DNA from: Bacilli bacterium | GTDB taxonomy: Bacteria; Bacillota_I; Bacilli_A; RFN20; UBA1709 | Assembly: GCA_050949315.1 (NCBI GenBank) | Contig: JBMNFL010000001.1 | Coordinates: 608,001-672,000 of the forward strand | Direction: 5' to 3' | DNA length: 64,000 nucleotides | Part shown: piece by piece, positions 9,604 through 22,879 of the stretch | How positions within the stretch are numbered: position 1 is the first letter of the stretch | Layout: the number at the start of each line of letters is the position of its first letter | Position numbers and translations under genes: made by a program | The notes under the pieces: model-generated | What the model was told of the DNA's origin: nothing | Database searches by the model: none | What the model saw: only the letters and a program-made list of their open reading frames with translations

Positions 9604-10341
9604 ATGCAACACGCTAGGCGAATCACAATTATTCTTTGGTCAATTTGTTTCTTTATCCTCTCTCTTTATTTAGCGCTTATTCCCACTATTTTTAATCGTT
9701 CTTTTTGTGAGAGTCAATTAAAAAAGCAAGAAACAGCCGTGCATTTAAATATGAGTGATGAAGAGCTCAACAAAGCCTTAGATAAGACTTTAGATTATTT
9801 AGCAGGTAAAAGCGATGATCTGCATTTTAATGTTACCTTAAAAGATGGGACTAGCCGCGAATTTTATAGTGTAACACAAGATGATTTCTACCCCTATCGC
9901 GTTTATGATGAATATGCCCATATGGCCGAAGTAAAAGAACTCTTTAATAAAGCCAAAAGTCTAGCCGTACTAGCCGTGATTGTTTGGCTATCATGCACAT
10001 TCATTCTTCTTTATGGTCGAAAATTATTACTGACCAAACACTTCCGTACCGCCTATATCACCCATGCTGTCCTCGTTCTATTATTTATCGGTATTGGCCT
10101 ATACGCCGCGCTTGATTTTAATAGTTTCTTTAGCCTGTTTCATCAAATCTTTTTCCCAGGTGGCAACTGGACCTTCCCTTCTAATTCTTTCATGCTACAG
10201 CTTTTCAGCGATTTACTCTTTGGTATAATCTATCGTTCACTTATTATTTTTATAGTCCTCTATCTATTAAGCCTAACACTCACTTTTATCTCATCGCGCT
10301 TTATTTTCACAAGACAACTAAAGACCAATGAAAAAGATTAG
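9604..10341 (+). CDS. TIGR01906/DUF1461 membrane protein (lipoprotein intramolecular transacylase Lit-like)
   Basis: 'HMAEVKELF' and 'FSLFHQIFFPGGNWTF' motifs, four TM segments. Confidence 0.8.
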   Translation: MQHARRITIILWSICFFILSLYLALIPTIFNRSFCESQLKKQETAVHLNMSDEELNKALDKTLDYLAGKSDDLHFNVTLKDGTSREFYSVTQDDFYPYRVYDEYAHMAEVKELFNKAKSLAVLAVIVWLSCTFILLYGRKLLLTKHFRTAYITHAVLVLLFIGIGLYAALDFNSFFSLFHQIFFPGGNWTFPSNSFMLQLFSDLLFGIIYRSLIIFIVLYLLSLTLTFISSRFIFTRQLKTNEKD

Positions 10342-10351
10342 TGATAAATCA

Positions 10352-11242
10352 TTACTTCCCTAATCTTTTTTTAATGGCCTTTTTAAAGTTTTTATGATCT
10401 AAAGCAAAGAAGAGCAAAAACGATAAAGGAAAACCATATATAACTATAGGCCCTATCGCCCAAATAATGGGCCAATAATGTAACTTATCGGCATTATCAT
10501 AAAAGCCCCGAAGATTATCATAATAAAGAAAACCTTTAGGAACCCTTTTTAAGAATTCTGGTACAAAGATATCAAGATAAGGTAGTATTTCCCCATGACG
10601 GTGGAAATAAGGCCCATAGACAAAGGCTTCATTGCCGTAGTCAGAAACCTCAATATAACTCCTTAATGGTAGAAGACCAATTTCACTTAAAAACGCCGCA
10701 TTAAAAAAGATGACACACATCTCTAATAAAACAAACCCCGGCACCTTCCACCACGACTTATACGAAAGAGAAAATGTACCGAAAATCAGCGACAAAATCG
10801 GAACAAGCATTAAGGATAAGTGACAGATATAATAACGGAAAATATCGATAACAAAAAGCGTTTGATCAAAGTGGTCTACTGGGTAAACAACGGCCATTAA
10901 ACCACCAACAAAGGCTAAGATGAGAACCGAATCCCGAAAGCCTTGTTTTTTAGATAATAAAGCAAAGGGTAATAAAAGCGTATTAAGGGCACAGAAATTA
11001 GAGGCTCCAAGCGAGGCTAACGAATAAGGAAAGGTATTATCCGCATCAACAAAAATTAGACTTGAATACGGTGGGATAAGAATTTTTAAAAAGTGTAAAG
11101 CAAAATTAATAAAAGCTAAAATTAACAAAAAGCGCTTTTGGACTTTCGCCTCTTTTCCTTTAAAAAGATACCAAGTTAAAAGTAGGCTTATCGGAATTAA
11201 AGCCAAGGTTAAAACATAATGAGCTGTGCCAAAATAGAACAT
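10352..11242 (-). CDS. YwaF/TMEM164-like integral membrane protein
   Basis: N-terminal 'FGTAH', 'NFCALN', 'YYICH', multiple TM helices. Confidence 0.6.
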   Translation of the reverse strand: MFYFGTAHYVLTLALIPISLLLTWYLFKGKEAKVQKRFLLILAFINFALHFLKILIPPYSSLIFVDADNTFPYSLASLGASNFCALNTLLLPFALLSKKQGFRDSVLILAFVGGLMAVVYPVDHFDQTLFVIDIFRYYICHLSLMLVPILSLIFGTFSLSYKSWWKVPGFVLLEMCVIFFNAAFLSEIGLLPLRSYIEVSDYGNEAFVYGPYFHRHGEILPYLDIFVPEFLKRVPKGFLYYDNLRGFYDNADKLHYWPIIWAIGPIVIYGFPLSFLLFFALDHKNFKKAIKKRLGK

Positions 11243-11294
11243 TACTCTTCTCCTTAAATTTACAATATTTTAACATATTTTTGACTGATACACT

Positions 11295-11323
11295 AAAAAA
11301 GATAGTAAGTCCCTGCTATCTTT
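11295..11323 (-). terminator. Terminator after partner paralog 2
   Basis: AAAGATAG/CTATCTTT stem plus T tract on minus; homologous to the 12201-12234 terminator. Confidence 0.7.
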
Positions 11324-11345
11324 AAAAATATTGAATGATTTTTTG

Positions 11346-11996
11346 TTATTGAAAATCTATAACTTCAGTTGCTATCTGTTCAAATGTGCCTAAATCCTTC
11401 TCATCACCATAGTTAATGATGATTTGCAAAACTTTATCAAGCTTATACTTTGCTTCTATGTGTATTGGCATAATAACACTGCCAACATCAAATGTATCCC
11501 AAAAATTAATAAGGGTACGACTGTCCCTTATGTCGGCAGTAAAAACACCATTTTCTTTATCGTTTATATAATAAGAGAAACTCTTATCTCTAAAAACACA
11601 AGTAAAAATGCGCAGTCCAATAGCAGGTCCAGAACGAACTTTCTTTAGATATTCATTGGGCGTTAGTGTGCCTTTTTCAATAATTGGCTCGCCACTTTGA
11701 ACCAGTTCTCCACTCGCGTCTCTTACATAATAAATTACTTCTTTTTTATAATCACAATCGTATCTATCTTCATTTTTAAAAATTTGATAAAGTATTTTCG
11801 TTTTTACTAAACTAAGGAGTTTACCATCAGCATCAAAGGTTTTATTCTCGCTGTTATATATTATTTCCGAATAACGTTCTATTTTAAGTAATCTCGAAAT
11901 AATTTTAGCTTTTCTATCAAGAAAATAAGATACACAAATCATAAAAATTGAAACACAGAATTGCATAAGTAAAATGATTTTAACTCTATATGACAT
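11346..11996 (-). CDS. Hypothetical protein with an N-terminal TM anchor (partner/immunity-like paralog 2)
   Basis: Clear paralog of 12244..12915 (IIYNSENKT, GELVQ.GE..IEKGTLTP.EYL, terminal IDFQ). ATG at 11996 overlaps an upstream TGA. Confidence 0.85.
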   Translation of the reverse strand: MSYRVKIILLMQFCVSIFMICVSYFLDRKAKIISRLLKIERYSEIIYNSENKTFDADGKLLSLVKTKILYQIFKNEDRYDCDYKKEVIYYVRDASGELVQSGEPIIEKGTLTPNEYLKKVRSGPAIGLRIFTCVFRDKSFSYYINDKENGVFTADIRDSRTLINFWDTFDVGSVIMPIHIEAKYKLDKVLQIIINYGDEKDLGTFEQIATEVIDFQ

Positions 11997-12076
11997 CACC
12001 TACCGCCTCCACTCATATTTAAAATAGCAAAAGCACATTCTCCATCCTTACTAGGACTATACCACACGTAACCCAT
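11996..12076 (-). CDS. 26-aa mini-ORF MGYVWYSPSKDGECAFAILNMSGGGR, homologous to the C-terminal tip of the 459-aa protein
   Basis: AGGAGAAAAGGAG RBS before the ATG; TGATG overlap with the next gene; 10/20 ungapped identity to NPSNDDECIFASLALIEGVR. Confidence 0.65.
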   Translation of the reverse strand: MGYVWYSPSKDGECAFAILNMSGGGR

Positions 12077-12200
12077 TCTACTCCTTTTCTCCTAATTATC
12101 AAGTTTTCAAGATTTTCGTTGCATTTCTAGCAAATTCTATATGAAGTTTTTTAAATATTATCAATAGAAAATGTTTTGCCTCTTCTTTAATAAAAAAACT

Positions 12201-12234
12201 AAAAAAAGATAGCAGTCATAACCACTATCTTTTT
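12201..12234 (-). terminator. Terminator after partner paralog 1
   Basis: AAAAAGATAG/CTATCTTTTT stem with T tract. Confidence 0.7.
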
Positions 12235-12243
12235 AAAATCATA

Positions 12244-12915
12244 TTATTGAAAATCTATGGCTTCGTTCTTAATTTGCTTGCCACCAGCTTTTTCGTTACC
12301 GTAATTAATCATAATTTGAGAGAATTTATTAGAATTATGCTTTACCTCTATATGCATTGGTAAAACAGCATTTTCAATCTTTCCCCGATTCCAAAAAATT
12401 TCAAACCCACGGCCACTAGTGATATCAGCACTAAAGGTACCTTCTTTTTTATTGTGTAAGTAGGACGAAAAACTTCCTTCTCTGAACTCGCAATTAAAAA
12501 TACGTAACCCTACTGCTGATTTCACAACATTACCTTTATTTAAATATTCAGCAGGGGTTAATGTTCCTTTTTCAATATTGGTTTCCCCATTTTGAACCAA
12601 TTCTCCGTTCGCGTTTCTTACAAAATAAGTTACTTCTTTTTCGAATTTACAATCATAACTATCAGCATTTTTAAAAAATTGATAAACAGCCTTTGTAACT
12701 ATTGAACTAAGAACCTTCCCATCATTATCAAGCGTTTTATTCTCGCTATTATAAATGATTTTTGAATAATCTTTTACATCAAGCATTGCCATAAGATATT
12801 TGTACTTTGGTCCACCTAGAGCAAGACGCAAGCCAACTGCGATAATCATACACGCTAATGAAAAGAAAAAAACGCTGCTATTCAAAACACTACTATTCAA
12901 AACACTACTATTCAT
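12244..12915 (-). CDS. Hypothetical protein with an N-terminal TM anchor (partner/immunity-like paralog 1)
   Basis: 223-aa ORF translationally coupled (TAATG) to the upstream 459-aa gene; one hydrophobic N-terminal helix. Confidence 0.85.
   Translation of the reverse strand: MNSSVLNSSVLNSSVFFFSLACMIIAVGLRLALGGPKYKYLMAMLDVKDYSKIIYNSENKTLDNDGKVLSSIVTKAVYQFFKNADSYDCKFEKEVTYFVRNANGELVQNGETNIEKGTLTPAEYLNKGNVVKSAVGLRIFNCEFREGSFSSYLHNKKEGTFSADITSGRGFEIFWNRGKIENAVLPMHIEVKHNSNKFSQIMINYGNEKAGGKQIKNEAIDFQ
12871..12913. repeat. 15-bp in-frame tandem repeat (about 3 units) encoding NSSVL
   Basis: CTATTCAAAACACTA units; translation MNSSVLNSSVLNSSVF. Confidence 0.85.
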
Positions 12916-14294
12916 TAGCGAACACCTTCAATCAAAGCCAAACTGGCAAAAATACACTCATCATCGTTGCTGGGATTACTAGGCGTTGAATCGTCTATAC
13001 TCGTCGCTATTGATAACATGTAGGAAATACCTGCCAGAGCCACCCCAGCAACTGGTACATAAATGAATACAACCGATAACACAAAAAGCGCAGAACTACA
13101 ACCAATGGCTACGTAATTACTGTTACAACTTACTTTACCATAAACATAATCTGACAGAAACTCAATTCCTGTATGATAATTGCCATTACTATCATAAGCA
13201 CTATTAATAAAATTATAAGTGCCTATAGTAGATGAAGCATTATTTAGAATATAGTGACCAGAAAGTTCGTATTTAGCATAAGTATATTCTTTTATATATC
13301 TCCCAAATGTGGCATCACTGCCAGTTACATCAACATCTTTTGCCATTGGATAATTTTTTGAAAGACAAATAATGACCCTAGTGCCATTATTATATTGAAA
13401 TCGGTCTGTTGCCGCTTCGGGATTCGGTTGGTTCATATTTAAAACCCAAGTACAAGCCTCTGTTTGGTTTAAATTTGTTTCTTCTAATTCTAGATTTGAA
13501 TCATATATGTATTCATCATATCTTAGATCATAACTGAATTTGGTTTGGAAGTTTACATTGTCAAGAAATCTAAAATCTTCTTCTCTTACACCAATAGATA
13601 GAAAATTTTTGTCCCGAAAATCATTATATGGCGGTTGAATCCAGGTAGCGGTTGTTTTTAAAGCCACATAATTATTTGCTTTTTGGTATGTCAATGTTGT
13701 TACCACAGATAAATAGGAGTTGGGTATCTGTTCTGGAGAAGCAGAGGTATTATTAGCGAGTATTGTGAAACTTTTATATACGTTGCCTTCCGAATTATGC
13801 GCATATATTGTATAACTTCCCTCTCTGTCAAATAATGTTCCACTATCAAAAGAAACATAACTACCATTATTCACAGAATACATAGCATAGGCATTCTGTG
13901 TGGCGTTCAAATTATACGTAACAGTTACTGTTCCATGTGTTGATCCACCATTTGTTACTCCACTCAAGTATATTTCTGGCAGTAAAAAAAGAGGTGGTTC
14001 AACTGGACCTCTTGTGTTACTTTCCTTATACTTCCTTGACTTAGTAGCTTCTTCAACTCTTTTACTTGCTTTTGAAATTTGTTTTTCTTTTACAATATTG
14101 GTTTTTATTTCAAAATCAAGACTACTAATTTCAACCTTGTCCTTATTACTCTTACTATCTACTTCGTAATATTTGGTTGTTTCTCTAGTTACAACATCAT
14201 CGGCAAAAAGTTTTATTTTTTGATGATTTGTAAACACAAATAATGCACCAGTAATAATAAAAGCAATTGCTAAAATAAATGTTGTTTTCTTCAT
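12915..14294 (-). CDS. Secreted hypothetical protein: signal peptide, Ig-like segment, beta-rich region, C-terminal hydrophobic hairpin
   Basis: MKK + hydrophobic leader; 'PEIYLSGVTNG..GSYTIYAHNSEGN..SFTI' Ig-like pattern; C-terminal ~40-aa apolar segment with a central Pro. Confidence 0.8.
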   Translation of the reverse strand: MKKTTFILAIAFIITGALFVFTNHQKIKLFADDVVTRETTKYYEVDSKSNKDKVEISSLDFEIKTNIVKEKQISKASKRVEEATKSRKYKESNTRGPVEPPLFLLPEIYLSGVTNGGSTHGTVTVTYNLNATQNAYAMYSVNNGSYVSFDSGTLFDREGSYTIYAHNSEGNVYKSFTILANNTSASPEQIPNSYLSVVTTLTYQKANNYVALKTTATWIQPPYNDFRDKNFLSIGVREEDFRFLDNVNFQTKFSYDLRYDEYIYDSNLELEETNLNQTEACTWVLNMNQPNPEAATDRFQYNNGTRVIICLSKNYPMAKDVDVTGSDATFGRYIKEYTYAKYELSGHYILNNASSTIGTYNFINSAYDSNGNYHTGIEFLSDYVYGKVSCNSNYVAIGCSSALFVLSVVFIYVPVAGVALAGISYMLSIATSIDDSTPSNPSNDDECIFASLALIEGVR

Positions 14295-14471
14295 TTTAAT
14301 TATTTCTCCTTTCTCTATATACCCCCACCATACTCCTCTTAAAATTGAATGTCAAGCCATCGAAAAAGGCCTTTCATATGAAAGAAAAAACACATTAAAA
14401 TGATTATTGACGCTATATCCAAATGTTTTTACAAAACCACTCTTTTAGAAATTATTTAAATAAAAAAAAGA

Positions 14472-14584
14472 CCTGGCAACTTGCTATTCTCGCATGAACA
14501 CGCCATACTACCTTCGCCGTTGAGGTGCTTAACTTCTGTGTTCGGGATGGGAACAGGTGTGACCACCTCGCCATCGTCACCAGA
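14472..14584 (-). rRNA. rrf: 5S rRNA
   Basis: Reverse complement TCTGGTGACGATGGC..CCCATCCCGAACACAGAAGTTAAG..TTGCCAGG; ends approximate. Confidence 0.95.
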
Positions 14585-14682
14585 TCTTTTTTAGAAAGAA
14601 GATAAATCTTTCAAAACTAGATGCAAACATGTTTAAGATTTTCTATTGAGTTAAAATTTATGAGCGTTTATTAATAAATAAT

Positions 14683-17580
<2,898 letters not shown>

Positions 17581-17817
17581 CTTTTTTAATTCTCATAAAA
17601 ACTCTAAAGATCGCTAATTAAATGTCTTCCACTGTTCAAGTGAAATTCAATAAAATCTTCGCGTCTTTCTAGAAAGAACATGTTTACTATCTAGTTTTCA
17701 AAAATCTATCTTCTCATTGAATGATGCATTGATCATTCAAAACTAAACAGAATACCTTGCGTCATAGCTAAGGTTTTTTTGTTATGCCAGCCGTCGTTTA
17801 GCTGGCGCTTTCTCCAT

Positions 17818-19335
<1,518 letters not shown>

Positions 19336-19473
19336 GTGTTTTTTAAACAGGTTTCTCCTGTAAATTTTAAGTTTGTTTAACCCTTAGCTTTTTTAATAAT
19401 TAGTAATTAAAATTGACGTTGTATTCTGTTTAGTTTTCAAAAATCAATGCCCCACTCTTCAGTAGGCTTGTAT

Positions 19474-19624
19474 ATTCTAGCATTACTACACTGCTCTGTC
19501 AAGCCTTTTTAACCTTTATCTAAGCGGGGTCGGTGGACAAAAAAAGCGAACATTTAGTGTGTAACTTATGATCAGCTTTTTTAGAGTGCCTTTGTTATTA
19601 TATCGCACTTTATAATTTTTGCAA
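19474..19624 (-). promoter_or_regulatory. Tandem rRNA promoters P1/P2
   Basis: P2: TTGACA (19497-19502), 17 bp, TAGAAT (19474-19479). P1: TTGCAA (19619-19624), 16 bp, TATAAT (19597-19602) with an AT-rich UP region. Confidence 0.7.
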
Positions 19625-19680
19625 CAACTTTTTAAACTTTTAATTATTTTTTATAAAAACTCGGATTTTCTCGACCTTTT

Positions 19681-20133
19681 TTAGATTCCTAACTCCGCAC
19701 TATCTAGTAAAATTGTCACTGGTCCTTCATTGATAAGACTTACTTGCATAACCGCCTGAAAACGTCCAGCTTCTACCACTAAACCCAAGTCTTCTAACTC
19801 GCGATTAAAGAGCGCATAAAGAGCGCTGGCCTCAGTAGCGTTTAAGGCCTTGGTAAAGCTTGGACGCCGCCCTTCTTTACAATCAGCATACAGGGTAAAT
19901 TGTGAGATAGAAAGGATACTGCCCTTAAGCTCGGCTAGCGAGCAATTCATCTTCCCCTTTTCATCATTTAAAATCCTTAGATCATGCACCTTTTTAGCCA
20001 TCTTCTTAACTATTCCTTCATTGTCACCTTGGGTAAAACCCACCAAAAGTAGATAACCAAAACCACAGGAACCAACTAACTCTTCATCGATATGAACACT
20101 GGCCTTACTAACCCTTTGAATAAGTACTCGCAT
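19681..20133 (-). CDS. dtd: D-aminoacyl-tRNA deacylase
   Basis: MRVLIQRV, SQFTL, GRRPSF, NEGPVT. Confidence 0.96.
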   Translation of the reverse strand: MRVLIQRVSKASVHIDEELVGSCGFGYLLLVGFTQGDNEGIVKKMAKKVHDLRILNDEKGKMNCSLAELKGSILSISQFTLYADCKEGRRPSFTKALNATEASALYALFNRELEDLGLVVEAGRFQAVMQVSLINEGPVTILLDSAELGI

Positions 20134-20216
20134 AAACTCCTCCTTAATATATAAATAATAAATACCTTATTAGTATTCTACCATTATAGGAAGAAAAATA
20201 GTAAAATAAAAGGAGG

Positions 20217-21494
20217 ATGGTGATAACGATGTTAGTTAAACCTTTAGCCTTTCGTGTCCGACCAACTAATCTTAAAGCCATTGTCGGTCAAAAGCATTTA
20301 ACAGGACCTAGTGGCTTTATTAGTCGCTTACTAGAAAAGAAGACCCTTTATTCTTTAATTCTCTTTGGACCCCCAGGTACTGGTAAAACAACACTGGCTT
20401 TGATTTTAGTGAACGCTTTGAATCTTCACTACCGCTTTTTAAATGCCACTAGTAGCAATAAAAAAGAAATGGAAATTGCCATTGAAGAAGCGAAAATGTA
20501 TGGACATTTAGTAATAATTATCGATGAAGTCCATCGTTTAAACAAAGATAAACAAGACTTTCTTTTGCCGCATATAGAAAGTGGACTTATAACCCTAATT
20601 GGGGCGACAACTTCTAATCCCTATCACTCGATGAATCCGGCTCTTCATTCACGCTGCCATCTTTTAGAATTCTACCCTTTAGAACTTAAAGATGTGGAAG
20701 AAGCTTTAGAAAACGCTTTGGTTGATCCTAATGGCCTAGAAGGTAAATACAGTATTGATAAAAAAGCCCTCTCTCTTATCGCTAAACTCTCAGGTGGCGA
20801 TGTGCGTTATGCCCTTAATCAATTAGAAATCTGTGCCCTTTGTAGCGAGAATCAACACATTAATGTTGAATTAGTAAAAGCTAATTCTCGAGTCCCTCAA
20901 TACTTGCTTGATAGCGATGAAGATGGTCATTACGATGCCGTCAGTGCCTTGCAAAAATCCATTAGAGGCAGTGATGTTGATGCCGCTCTTTACTACCTTG
21001 CTCGCCTAATCGTAGCTGAAGATTTAGACTCCATTGAAAGACGTCTTAGTATTACCGCTTGGGAAGACATCGGTCTAGCTAATCCCAATGCTGTTATGCG
21101 TTGTTGTAAGGCAATAGAAACCGCCCGCCTCGTCGGCTTCCCCGAAGCGATTATCTCTCTTGGGGTCGCAGTCTGTGATCTATGTCTATCTCCAAAATCT
21201 AAGAGTGCTTATCTGGCTATTCAAAAAGCAGTTGATTTTGCTAAAAAGAACCCCTTACCTGTCCCTAAATTTATGCGCCTAACACCTCATAATTTAAAAG
21301 ATGAAGAAAAATTCCCCTATGATCGACCTGATGTCTGGGCGAAAATTCAATATCTGCCTGAGCAGATTAAAAACCTAAAATTCTATGAAGGCTGGCCTAG
21401 CAGCAGCTATGAGCGGGCCCTAATTGATAATTACAACAAATTAAAACAAACAAAAAGAACTAGTGATATTCCTTCTTTACTTAAGAAAGACTAG
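20217..21494 (+). CDS. rarA: Replication-associated recombination protein A (MgsA/RarA)
   Basis: GPPGTGKTT, DEVHR, 'SALQKSIRGSD', 'EDIGLA'. Confidence 0.95.
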   Translation: MVITMLVKPLAFRVRPTNLKAIVGQKHLTGPSGFISRLLEKKTLYSLILFGPPGTGKTTLALILVNALNLHYRFLNATSSNKKEMEIAIEEAKMYGHLVIIIDEVHRLNKDKQDFLLPHIESGLITLIGATTSNPYHSMNPALHSRCHLLEFYPLELKDVEEALENALVDPNGLEGKYSIDKKALSLIAKLSGGDVRYALNQLEICALCSENQHINVELVKANSRVPQYLLDSDEDGHYDAVSALQKSIRGSDVDAALYYLARLIVAEDLDSIERRLSITAWEDIGLANPNAVMRCCKAIETARLVGFPEAIISLGVAVCDLCLSPKSKSAYLAIQKAVDFAKKNPLPVPKFMRLTPHNLKDEEKFPYDRPDVWAKIQYLPEQIKNLKFYEGWPSSSYERALIDNYNKLKQTKRTSDIPSLLKKD

Positions 21495-21504
21495 TTCTTT
21501 CTTT

Positions 21505-22818
21505 TTAATCTAAAATTTTCCAAATAAGATCTAAAGCCTTAGTGGGCTTCTTAGAAAAGCGATAACATTTCAAAACTTGGGTTTTAGCCACTTCAATCAC
21601 GCTTTCATTATTGGTATATAAAGTAGCTAGTAACTCGCCCTTTTCAACTTTTTCCCCTGTCTTTTTAGCAACGATTATGCCGGAACTAAAATCGATTTTA
21701 TCTTCTTTTTTCTCACGCCCTGCTCCAAGCAAGCGCGCCACTTCACCTAAACCAACGGTTAACATCTTTTTTATATAAGCTGTTTTCTTAGCATAAACAG
21801 GAATCACATATTTAGCTAGAGCAAACTTCTCGGGTTTTTCTAGATAAGTCACGTCTCCACCCTGCGCTTTTACTAGCTCTACTAATTTTTCAAAAGCCTT
21901 GCCGTTTAGTAAAACCTCTTCTAAAGCTTTCCGTGCCACTTTCTTATCCTTATATTGTTTAGATTGAATTAACATCACTGTCCCGGCCTCTAAACACAAT
22001 TCTCTTAAGTCTATAGGTCCCTTATTTTTAAGCGTCATAATTGCTTCTTTAACCTCTAAATTATTGCCAATCGCTAAACCTAAGGGCTCATCCATATTGG
22101 TAATCAAAGCTCGGGTGTCGCGCTTCATGTGCTTACCAATAGCAATCATCGTGTTGGCCAGTTTTTCGGCTTCTTTTGGGTTTTTACAGAAGGCCCCTGA
22201 ACCATACTTAACATCCAAACAAATGGCATCGCTGCCCGTCGCTAACTTTTTAGACATGATACTGGCTGCAATTAAAGGGAAAGAATTAACCGTTGCCGTG
22301 ACATCTCGTAAAGCATAGAGTTTTTTATCGGCGGGAACCAAATATTCACTTTGACCAATAATGGCTACCCCAATTTGCGCCACCTGTTTAATAAAATCTT
22401 CTTGTTTTATCTCCGTCTTAAAACCAGGGATGGACTCTAGTTTGTCTATTGTTCCCCCAGTATGGCCAAGACCACGCCCAGATATTTTGGCAACCTTAAC
22501 CCCACAGGCGGCAACCATGGGTGCTAAAACTAAAGAAGTTTTATCCCCAACCCCTCCCGTTGAGTGCTTATCAACCTTAATTCCAGGAATCTTAGAAAGA
22601 TCAACGACTTTGCCACTATGCATCATCTCATCGGTTAAAATAGCTGTTTCCTCAGCATTTAAGCCTCTAAAGAAAATAGCCATTAACAAGGCACTGGCTT
22701 GATAGTCAGGAATTAAACCTTGGACATAATTATGAATAAAAAAATGGATTTCCTCGCGATTTAAACGCCCGTTTTTCTTTTTCTTTTCAATAATTTCGGT
22801 CATTAACATCTTTGCCAC
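21505..22818 (-). CDS. pdp: Pyrimidine-nucleoside phosphorylase
   Basis: DKHSTGGVGDK, SGRGLGHTGGT, SIMSKK. Confidence 0.95.
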   Translation of the reverse strand: MAKMLMTEIIEKKKKNGRLNREEIHFFIHNYVQGLIPDYQASALLMAIFFRGLNAEETAILTDEMMHSGKVVDLSKIPGIKVDKHSTGGVGDKTSLVLAPMVAACGVKVAKISGRGLGHTGGTIDKLESIPGFKTEIKQEDFIKQVAQIGVAIIGQSEYLVPADKKLYALRDVTATVNSFPLIAASIMSKKLATGSDAICLDVKYGSGAFCKNPKEAEKLANTMIAIGKHMKRDTRALITNMDEPLGLAIGNNLEVKEAIMTLKNKGPIDLRELCLEAGTVMLIQSKQYKDKKVARKALEEVLLNGKAFEKLVELVKAQGGDVTYLEKPEKFALAKYVIPVYAKKTAYIKKMLTVGLGEVARLLGAGREKKEDKIDFSSGIIVAKKTGEKVEKGELLATLYTNNESVIEVAKTQVLKCYRFSKKPTKALDLIWKILD

Positions 22819-22879
22819 CTCGCCATTTAATTATACCTTTTGCCTTTAAGCAAAGCAATAAAGTTGCTATAATGTTCCC

